From Auanema rhodensis (taxonomy: Eukaryota > Animalia > Nematoda), in the NCBI GenBank assembly GCA_964057225.1, contig CAXKVF010000074.1, forward strand, positions 62,001-126,000: a stretch of 64,000 bases of DNA, given 5' to 3'. Shown here one piece after another: positions 1 through 11,400 of the stretch. The translations under genes were made by a program, and so were the position numbers. The notes under the pieces were generated by a model. That model searched no databases. It worked only from the letters and a program-made list of their open reading frames with translations, and was not told the DNA's origin. How positions within the stretch are numbered: the first letter of the stretch is position 1; every line of letters begins with the position of its first letter.

Positions 1-13
1 CTAATTAAATGTA

Positions 14-21
14 CACGTGAT
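14..21 (-). promoter_or_regulatory. E-box/G-box CACGTG in ATCACGTG context (matches RTCACRTG, the yeast CDEI/Cbf1 consensus); present in nearly every monomer
   Basis: The plus strand CACGTGAT reads ATCACGTG on the minus strand. This is a motif match only; binding or function is not shown. Confidence 0.3.
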
Positions 22-43
22 GTGCACTTGGTATGTAACTCGC

Positions 44-53
44 TTCACGTGAA
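44..53. other. 10-bp perfect palindrome TTCACGTGAA with an E-box core, in nearly every monomer
   Basis: Read directly; self-reverse-complementary. Confidence 0.9.
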
Positions 54-131
54 AGATAAAGAGATGCGGTTTTCAAAATTAGATTCCCCATGTCCATATT
101 AGTCTAAAAACAAATTTTTATTGATATTGGT

Positions 132-146
132 TCATGGTAACCATGA
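132..146. other. Interrupted palindrome TCATGGT-A-ACCATGA (15 bp in T132 monomers; 13 bp CATGGT-A-ACCATG in G132 monomers)
   Basis: The reverse complement of TCATGGT is ACCATGA. The centre is a GGTNACC (BstEII) site. Confidence 0.9.
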
Positions 147-2464
147 CTTTGAAATTTACGTGAACTTTAATTTATGCTAATTAAATGTACACGTGATGTG
201 CACTTGGTATGTAACTCGCTTCACGTGAAAGATAAAGAGATGCGGTTTTCAAAATTAGATTCCCCATGTCCATATTAGTCTAAAAACAAATTTTTATTGA
301 TATTGGTGCATGGTAACCATGACTTTGAAATTTACGTGAACTTTAATTTATGCTAATTAAATGTACACGTGATGTGCACTTGGTATGTAACTCGCTTCAC
401 GTGAAAGATGAAGAGATGCGGTTTTCAAAATTAGATTCCCCATGTCCATATTAGTCTAAAAACAAATTTTTATTGATATTGGTGCATGGTAACCATGACT
501 TTGAAATTTACGTGAACTTTAATTTATGCTAATTAAATGTACACGTGATGTGCACTTGGTATGTAACTCGCTTCACGTGAAAGATAAAGAGATGCGGTTT
601 TCAAAATTAGATTCCCCATGTCCATATTAGTCTAAAAACAAATTTTTATTGATATTGGTGCATGGTAACCATGACTTTGAAATTTACGTGAACTTTAATT
701 TATGCTAATTAAATGTACACGTGATGTGCACTTGGTATGTAACTCGCTTCACGTGGAAGATAAAGAGATGCGGTTTTCAAAATTAGATTCCCCATGTCCA
801 TATTAGTCTAAAAACAAATTTTATTGATATTGGTGCATGGTAACCATGACTTTGAAATTTACGTGAACTTTAATTTATGCTAATTAAATGTACACGTGAT
901 GTGCACTTGGTATGTAACTCGCTTCACGTGAAAGATAAAGAGATGCGGTTTTCAAAATTAGATTCCCCATGTCCATATTAGTCTAAAAACAAATTTTATT
1001 GATATTGGTGCATGGTAACCATGACTTTGAAATTTACGTGAACTTTAATTTATGCTAATTAAATGTACACGTGATGTGCACTTGGTATGTAACTCGCTTC
1101 ACGTGAAAGATGAAGAGATGCGGTTTTCAAAATTAGATTCCCCATGTCCATATTAGTCTGAAAACAAATTTTTATTGATATTGGTGCATGGTAACCATGA
1201 CTTTGAAATTTACGTGAACTTTAATTTATGCTAATTAAATGTACACGTGATGTGCACTTGGTATGTAACTCGCTTCACGTGAAAGATAAAGAGATGCGGT
1301 TTTCAAAATTAGATTCCCCATGTTCATATTAGTCTAAAAACAAATTTTTATTGATATTGGTGCATGGTAACCATGACTTTGAAATTTACGTGAACTTTAA
1401 TTTATGCTAATTAAATGTACACGTGATGTGCACTTGGTATGTAACTCGCTTCACGTGAAAGATAAAGAGATGCGGTTTTCAAAATTAGATTCCCCATGTC
1501 CATATTAGGCTAAAAACAAATTTTTATTGATATTGGTGCATGGTAACCATGACTTTGAAATTTACGTGAACTTTAATTTATGCTAATTAAATGTACACGT
1601 GATGTGCACTTGGTATGTAACTCGCTTCACGTGAAAGATAAAGAGATGCGGTTTCAAAATTAGATTCCCCATGTCCATATTAGTCTACAAACAAATTTTT
1701 ATTGATATTGGTTCATGGTAACCATGACTTTGAAATTTACGTGAACTTTAATTTATGCTAATTAAATGTACACGTGATGTGCACTTGGTATGTAACTCGC
1801 TTCACGACGTGAAAGATAAAGAGATGCGGTTTTCAAAATTAGATTCCCCATGTCCATATTAGTCTAAAAACAAATTTTTATTGATATTGGTGCATGGTAA
1901 CCATGACTTTGAAATTTACGTGAACTTTAATTTATGCTAATTAAATGTACACGTGATGTGCACTTGGTATGTAACTCGCTTCACGTGAAAGATGAAGAGA
2001 TGCGGTTTTTAAAATTAGATTCCCCATGTCCATATTAGTCTAAAAACAAATTTTTATTGATATTGGTGCATGGTAACCATGACTTTGAAATTTACGTGAA
2101 CTTTAATTTATGCTAATTAAATGTACACGTGATGTGCACTTGGTATGTAACTCGCTTCACGTGAAAGATAAAGAGATGCGGTTTTCAAAATTAGATTCCC
2201 CATGTCCATATTAGTCTAAAAACAAATTTTTATTGATATTGGTTCATGGTAACCATGACTTTGAAATTTACGTGAACTTTAATTTATGCTAATTAAATGT
2301 ACACGTGATGTGCACTTGGTATGTAACTCGCTTCACGTGAAAGATAAAGAGATGCGGTTTTCAAAATTAAATTCCCCATGTCCATATTAGTCTAAAAACA
2401 AATTTTTATTGATATTGGTGCATGGTAACCATGACTTTGAAATTTACGTGAACTTTAATTTATG

Positions 2465-5400
2465 CTAATTAAATGTACACGTGATGTGCACTTGGTATGT
2501 AACTCGCTTCACGTGAAAGATGAAGAGATGCGGTTTTCAAAATTAGATTCCCCATGTCCATATTAGTCTAAAAACAAATTTTTATTGATATTGGTGCATG
2601 GTAACCATGACTTTGAAATTTACGTGAACTTTAATTTATGCTAATTAAATGTACACGTGATGTGCACTTGGTATGTAACTCGCTTCACGTGAAAGATAAA
2701 GAGATGCGGTTTTCAAAATTAGATTCCCCATGTCCATATTAGTCTAAAAACAAATTTTTATTGATATTGGTGCATGGTAACCATGACTTTGAAATTTACG
2801 TGAACTTTAATTTATGCTAATTAAATGTACACGTGATGTGCACTTGGTATGTAACTCGCTTCACGTGAAAGATAAAGAGATGCGGTTTTCAAAATTAGAT
2901 TCCCCATGTCCATATTAGTCTAAAAACAAATTTTTATTGATATTGGTGCATGGTAACCATGACTTTGAAATTTACGTGAACTTCAATTTATGCTAATTAA
3001 ATGTACACGTGATGTGCACTTGGTATGTAACTCGCTTCACGTGAAAGATAAAGAGATGCGGTTTTCAAAATTAGATTCCCCATGTCCATATTAGTTTAAA
3101 AACAAATTTTTATTGATATTGGTGCATGGTAACCATGACTTTGAAATTTACGTGAACTTTAATTTATGCTAATTAAATGTACACGTGATGTGCACTTGGT
3201 ATGTAACTCGCTTCACGTGAAAGATAAAGAGATGCGGTTTTCAAAATTAGATTCCCCATGTCCATATTAGTCTAAAAACAAATTTTTATTGATATTGGTG
3301 CATGGTAACCATGACTTTGAAATTTACGTGAACTTTAATTTATGCTAATTAAATGTACACGTGATGTGCACTTGGTATGTAACTCGCTTCACGTGAAAGA
3401 TAAAGAGATGCGGTTTTCAAAATTAGATTCCCCATGTCCATATTAGTCTAAAAACAAATTTTTATTGATATTGCTTCATGGTAACCATGACTTTGAAATT
3501 TACGTGAACTTTAATTTATGCTAATTAAATGTACACGTGATGTGCACTTGGTATGTAACTCGCTTCACGTGAAAGATAAAGAGATGCGGTTTTCAAAATT
3601 AGATTCCCCATGTCCATATTAGTCTAAAAACAAATTTTTATTGATATTGGTGCATGGTAACCATGACTTTGAAATTTACGTGAACTTTAATTTATGATAA
3701 TTAAATGTACACGTGATGTGCACTTGGTATGTAACTCGCTTCACGTGAAAGATAAAGAGATGCGGTTTTCAAAATTAGATTCCCCATGTCCATATTAGTC
3801 TAAAAACAAATTTTTATTGATATTGGTGCATGGTAACCATGACTTTGAAATTTACGTGAACTTTAATTTATGCTAATTAAATGTACACGTGATGTGCACT
3901 TGGTATGTAACTCGCTTCACGTGAAAGATGAAGAGATGCGGTTTTCAAAATTAGATTCCCCATGTCCATATTAGTCTAAAAACAAATTTTTATTGATATT
4001 GGTGCATGGTAACCATGACTTTGAAATTTACGTGAACTTTAATTTATGCTAATTAAATGTACACGTGATGTGCACTTGGTATGTAACTCGCTTCACGTGA
4101 AAGATAAAGAGATGCGGTTTTCAAAATTAGATTCCCCATGTCCATATTAGTCTAAAAACAAATTTTTATTGATATTGGTTCATGGTAACCATGACTTTGA
4201 AATTTACGTGAACTTTAATTTATGCTAATTAAATGTACACGTGATGTGCACTTGGTATGTAACTCGCTTCACGTGAAAGATAAAGAGATGCGGTTTTCAA
4301 AATTAGATTCCCCATGTCCATATTAGTCTAAAAACAAATTTTTATTGATATTGGTGCATGGTAACCATGACTTTGAAATTTACGTGAACTTTAATTCATG
4401 CTAATTAAATGTACACGTGATGTGCACTTGGTATGTAACTCGCTTCACGTGAAAGATGAAGAGATGCGGTTTTCAAAATTAGATTCCCCATGTCCATATT
4501 AGTCTAAAAACAAATTTTTATTGATATTGGTGCATGGTAACCATGACTTTGAAATTTACGTGAACTTTAATTTATGCTAATTAAATGTACACGTGATGTG
4601 CACTTGGTATGTAACTCGCTTCACGTGAAAGATAAAGAGATGCGGTTTTCAAAATTAGATTCCCCATGTCCATATTAGTCTAAAAACAAATTTTTATTGA
4701 TATTGGTGCATGGTAACCATGACTTTGAAATTTACGTGAACTTTAATTTATGCTAATTAAATGTACACGTGATGTGCACTTGGTATGTAACTCGCTTCAC
4801 GTGAAAGATAAAGAGATGCGGTTTTCAAAATTAGATTCCCCATGTCCATATTAGTCTAAAAACAAATTTTTATTGATATTGGTGCATGGTAACCATGACT
4901 TTGAAATTTACGTGAACTTCAATTTATGCTAATTAAATGTACACGTGATGTGCACTTGGTATGTAACTCGCTTCACGTGAAAGATAAAGAGATGCGGTTT
5001 TCAAAATTAGATTCCCCATGTCCATATTAGTTTAAAAACAAATTTTTATTGATATTGGTGCATGGTAACCATGACTTTGAAATTTACGTGAACTTTAATT
5101 TATGCTAATTAAATGTACACGTGATGTGCACTTGGTATGTAACTCGCTTCACGTGAAAGATAAAGAGATGCGGTTTTCAAAATTAGATTCCCCATGTCCA
5201 TATTAGTCTAAAAACAAATTTTTATTGATATTGGTGCATGGTAACCATGACTTTGAAATTTACGTGAACTTTAATTTATGCTAATTAAATGTACACGTGA
5301 TGTGCACTTGGTATGTAACTCGCTTCACGTGAAAGATAAAGAGATGCGGTTTTCAAAATTAGATTCCCCATGTCCATATTAGTCTAAAAACAAATTTTTA

Positions 5401-8400
5401 TTGATATTGCTTCATGGTAACCATGACTTTGAAATTTACGTGAACTTTAATTTATGCTAATTAAATGTACACGTGATGTGCACTTGGTATGTAACTCGCT
5501 TCACGTGAAAGATAAAGAGATGCGGTTTTCAAAATTAGATTCCCCATGTCCATATTAGTCTAAAAACAAATTTTTATTGATATTGGTGCATGGTAACCAT
5601 GACTTTGAAATTTACGTGAACTTTAATTTATGATAATTAAATGTACACGTGATGTGCACTTGGTATGTAACTCGCTTCACGTGAAAGATAAAGAGATGCG
5701 GTTTTCAAAATTAGATTCCCCATGTCCATATTAGTCTAAAAACAAATTTTTATTGATATTGGTGCATGGTAACCATGACTTTGAAATTTACGTGAACTTT
5801 AATTTATGCTAATTAAATGTACACGTGATGTGCACTTGGTATGTAACTCGCTTCACGTGAAAGATGAAGAGATGCGGTTTTCAAAATTAGATTCCCCATG
5901 TCCATATTAGGCTAAAAACAAATTTTTATTGATATTGGTGCATGGTAACCATGACTTTGAAATTTACGTGAACTTTAATTTATGCTAATTAAATGTACAC
6001 GTGATGTGCACTTGGTATGTAACTCGCTTCACGTGAAAGATAAAGAGATGCGGTTTTCAAAATTAGATTCCCCATGTCCATATTAGTCTACAAACAAATT
6101 TTTATTGATATTGGTTCATGGTAACCATGACTTTGAAATTTACGTGAACTTTAATTTATGCTAATTAAATGTACACGTGATGTGCACTTGGTATGTAACT
6201 CGCTTCACGTGAAAGATAAAGAGATGCGGTTTTCAAAATTAGATTCCCCATGTCCATATTAGTCTAAAAACAAATTTTTATTGATATTGGTGCATGGTAA
6301 CCATGACTTTGAAATTTACGTGAACTTCAATTTATGCTAATTAAATGTACACGTGATGTGCACTTGGTATGTAACTCGCTTCACGTGAAAGATGAAGAGA
6401 TGCGGTTTTCAAAATTAGATTCCCCATGTCCATATTAGTCTAAAAACAAATTTTTATTGATATTGGTGCATGGTAACCATGACTTTGAAATTTACGTGAA
6501 CTTTAATTTATGCTAATTAAATGTACACGTGATGTGCACTTGGTATGTAACTCGCTTCACGTGAAAGATAAAGAGATGCGGTTTTCAAAATTAGATTCCC
6601 CATGTCCATATTAGTCTAAAAACAAATTTTTATTGATATTGGTTCATGGTAACCATGACTTTGAAATTTACGTGAACTTTAATTTATGCTAATTAAATGT
6701 ACACGTGATTAAATGTACACGTGATGTGCACTTGGTATGTAACTCGCTTCACGTGAAAGATAAAGAGATGCGGTTTTCAAAATTAGATTCCCCATGTCCA
6801 TATTAGTCTAAAAACAAATTTTTATTGATATTGGTGCATGGTAACCATGACTTTGAAATTTACGTGAACTTTAATTTATGCTAATTAAATGTACACGTGA
6901 TGTGCACTTGGTATGTAACTCGCTTCACGTGAAAGATAAAGAGATGCGGTTTTCAAAATTAGATTCCCCATGTCCATATTAGTCTAAAAACAAATTTTTA
7001 TTGATATTGGTGCATGGTAACCATGACTTTGAAATTTACGTGAACTTCAATTTATGCTAATTAAATGTACACGTGATGTGCACTTGGTATGTAACTCGCT
7101 TCACGTGAAAGATAAAGAGATGCGGTTTTCAAAATTAGATTCCCCATGTCCATATTAGTTTAAAAACAAATTTTTATTGATATTGGTGCATGGTAACCAT
7201 GACTTTGAAATTTACGTGAACTTTAATTTATGCTAATTAAATGTACACGTGATGTGCACTTGGTATGTAACTCGCTTCACGTGAAAGATAAAGAGATGCG
7301 GTTTTCAAAATTAGATTCCCCATGTCCATATTAGTCTAAAAACAAATTTTTATTGATATTGGTGCATGGTAACCATGACTTTGAAATTTACGTGAACTTT
7401 AATTTATGCTAATTAAATGTACACGTGATGTGCACTTGGTATGTAACTCGCTTCACGTGAAAGATAAAGAGATGCGGTTTTCAAAATTAGATTCCCCATG
7501 TCCATATTAGTCTAAAAACAAATTTTTATTGATATTGCTTCATGGTAACCATGACTTTGAAATTTACGTGAACTTTAATTTATGCTAATTAAATGTACAC
7601 GTGATGTGCACTTGGTATGTAACTCGCTTCACGTGAAAGATAAAGAGATGCGGTTTTCAAAATTAGATTCCCCATGTCCATATTAGTCTAAAAACAAATT
7701 TTTATTGATATTGGTGCATGGTAACCATGACTTTGAAATTTACGTGAACTTTAATTTATGATAATTAAATGTACACGTGATGTGCACTTGGTATGTAACT
7801 CGCTTCACGTGAAAGATAAAGAGATGCGGTTTTCAAAATTAGATTCCCCATGTCCATATTAGTCTAAAAACAAATTTTTATTGATATTGGTGCATGGTAA
7901 CCATGACTTTGAAATTTACGTGAACTTTAATTTATGCTAATTAAATGTACACGTGATGTGCACTTGGTATGTAACTCGCTTCACGTGAAAGATGAAGAGA
8001 TGCGGTTTTCAAAATTAGATTCCCCATGTCCATATTAGGCTAAAAACAAATTTTTATTGATATTGGTGCATGGTAACCATGACTTTGAAATTTACGTGAA
8101 CTTTAATTTATGCTAATTAAATGTACACGTGATGTGCACTTGGTATGTAACTCGCTTCACGTGAAAGATAAAGAGATGCGGTTTTCAAAATTAGATTCCC
8201 CATGTCCATATTAGTCTACAAACAAATTTTTATTGATATTGATTCATGGTAACCATGACTTTGAAATTTACGTGAACTTTAATTTATGCTAATTAAATGT
8301 ACACGTGATGTGCACTTGGTATGTAACTCGCTTCACGTGAAAGATAAAGAGATGCGGTTTTCAAAATTAGATTCCCCATGTCCATATTAGTCTAAAAACA

Positions 8401-11400
8401 AATTTTTATTGATATTGGTGCATGGTAACCATGACTTTGAAATTTACGTGAACTTCAATTTATGCTAATTAAATGTACACGTGATGTGCACTTGGTATGT
8501 AACTCGCTTCACGTGAAAGATGAAGAGATGCGGTTTTCAAAATTAGATTCCCCATGTCCATATTAGTCTAAAAACAAATTTTTATTGATATTGGTGCATG
8601 GTAACCATGACTTTGAAATTTACGTGAACTTTAATTTATGCTAATTAAATGTACACGTGATGTGCACTTGGTATGTAACTCGTTTCACGTGAAAGATAAA
8701 GAGATGCGGTTTTCAAAATTAGATTCCCCATGTCCATATTAGTCTAAAAACAAATTTTTATTGATATTGGTTCATGGTAACCATGACTTTGAAATTTACG
8801 TGAACTTTAATTTATGCTAATTAAATGTACACGTGATGTGCACTTGGTATGTAACTCGCTTCACGTGAAAGATAAAGAGATGCGGTTTTCAAAATTAGAT
8901 TCCCCATGTCCATATTAGTCTAAAAACAAATTTTTATTGATATTGGTGCATGGTAACCATGACTTTGAAATTTACGTGAACTTTAATTTATGCTAATTAA
9001 ATGTACACGTGATGTGCACTTGGTATGTAACTCGCTTCACGTGAAAGATGAAGAGATGCGGTTTTCAAAATTAGATTCCCCATGTCCATATTAGTCTAAA
9101 AACAAATTTTTATTGATATTGGTGCATGGTAACCATGACTTTGAAATTTACGTGAACTTTAATTTATGCTAATTAAATGTACACGTGATGTGCACTTGGT
9201 ATGTAACTCGCTTCACGTGAAAGATAAAGAGATGCGGTTTTCAAAATTAGATTCCCCATGTCCATATTAGTCTAAAAACAAATTTTTATTGATATTGGTG
9301 CATGGTAACCATGACTTTGAAATTTACGTGAACTTTAATTTATGCTAATTAAATGTACACGTGATGTGCACTTGGTATGTAACTCGCTTCACGTGAAAGA
9401 TAAAGAGATGCGGTTTTCAAAATTAGATTCCCCATGTTCATATTAGTCTAAAAACCAATTTTTATTGATATTGGTGCATGGTAACCATGACTTTGAAATT
9501 TACGTGAACTTTAATTTATGCTAATTAAATGTACACGTGATGTGCACTTGGTATGTAACTCGCTTCACGTGAAAGATAAAGAGATGCGGTTTTCAAAATT
9601 AGATTCCCCATGTCCATATTAGGCTAAAAACAAATTTTTATTGATATTGGTGCATGGTAACCATGACTTTGAAATTTACGTGAACTTTAATTTATGCTAA
9701 TTAAATGTACACGTGATGTGCACTTGGTATGTAACTCGCTTCACGTGAAAGATAAAGAGATGCGGTTTTCAAAATTAGATTCCCCATGTCCATATTAGTC
9801 TACAAACAAATTTTTATTGATATTGGTTCATGGTAACCATGACTTTGAAATTTACGTGAACTTTAATTTATGCTAATTAAATGTACACGTGATGTGCACT
9901 TGGTATGTAACTCGCTTCACGTGAAAGATAAAGAGATGCGGTTTTCAAAATTAGATTCCCCATGTCCATATTAGTCTAAAAACAAATTTTTATTGATATT
10001 GGTGCATGGTAACCATGACTTTGAAATTTACGTGAACTTTAATTTATGCTAATTAAATGTACACGTGATGTGCACTTGGTATGTAACTCGCTTCACGTGA
10101 AAGATGAAGAGATGCGGTTTTCAAAATTAGATTCCCCATGTCCATATTAGTCTAAAAACAAATTTTTATTGATATTGGTGCATGGTAACCATGACTTTGA
10201 AATTTACGTGAACTTTAATTTATGCTAATTAAATGTACACGTGATGTGCACTTGGTATGTAACTCGCTTCACGTGAAAGATAAAGAGATGCGGTTTTCAA
10301 AATTAGATTCCCCATGTCCATATTAGTCTAAAAACAAATTTTTATTGATATTGGTTCATGGTAACCATGACTTTGAAATTTACGTGAACTTTAATTTATG
10401 CTAATTAAATGTACACGTGATGTGCACTTGGTATGTAACTCGCTTCACGTGAAAGATAAAGAGATGCGGTTTTCAAAATTAGATTTCTCATGTCCATATT
10501 AGTCTAAAAAAAAATTTTTATTGATATTGGTGCATGGTAACCATGACTTTGAAATTTACGTGAACTTTAATTTATGCTAATTAAATGTACACGTGATGTG
10601 CACTTGGTATGTAACTCGCTTCACGTGAAAGATAAAGAGATGCGGTTTTCAAAATTAGATTCCCCATGTCCATATTAGTCTAAAAACAAATTTTTATTGA
10701 TATTGGTGCATGGTAACCATGACTTTGAAATTTACGTGAACTTTAATTTATGCTAATTAAATGTACACGTGATGTGCACTTGGTATGTAACTCGCTTCAC
10801 GTGAAAGATAAAGAGATGCGGTTTTCAAAATTAGATTCCCCATGTCCATATTAGTCTAAAAACAAATTTTTATTGATATTGCTTCATGGTAACCATGACT
10901 TTGAAATTTACGTGAACTTTAATTTATGCTAATTAAATGTACACGTGATGTGCACTTGGTATGTAACTCGCTTCACGTGAAAGATAAAGAGATGCGGTTT
11001 TCAAAATTAGATTCCCCATGTCCATATTAGTCTAAAAACAAATTTTTATTGATATTGGTGCATGGTAACCATGACTTTGAAATTTACGTGAACTTTAATT
11101 TATGATAATTAAATGTACACGTGATGTGCACTTGGTATGTAACTCGCTTCACGTGAAAGATAAAGAGATGCGGTTTTCAAAATTAGATTCCCCATGTCCA
11201 TATTAGTCTAAAAACAAATTTTTATTGATATTGGTGCATGGTAACCATGACTTTGAAATTTACGTGAACTTTAATTTATGCTAATTAAATGTACACGTGA
11301 TGTGCACTTGGTATGTAACTCGCTTCACGTGAAAGATGAAGAGATGCGGTTTTCAAAATTAGATTCCCCATGTCCATATTAGGCTAAAAACAAATTTTTA

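Noticed and set aside
1-176. Assignment to known ~176-bp satellites (Brassica CentBr, honeybee AluI, Arabidopsis CEN178, alpha satellite)
   Set aside because: Only the length is similar. The monomer has no AAGCTT or AGCT site and I recognise no sequence similarity. A database search is needed.
1-176. 5S rRNA, tRNA, snRNA or spliced-leader tandem gene unit
   Set aside because: No recognisable 5S/tRNA sequence, cloverleaf, Pol III A/B boxes or SL motif.
174-278. 34-codon ORF MLIKCTRDVHLVCNSLHVKDKEMRFSKLDSPCPY repeated in each monomer
   Set aside because: Its length is what chance would give and I recognise no domain. 176 is not a multiple of 3 and stops occur in every monomer, so no long repeat protein can be encoded.
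705-1936. Three 1-bp deletions followed by a 3-bp ACG insertion (~1805) that restore the 176-bp register
   Set aside because: The deletions are in T homopolymers and may be slippage or sequencing error. The net zero is most likely coincidence, since later indels are not compensated.
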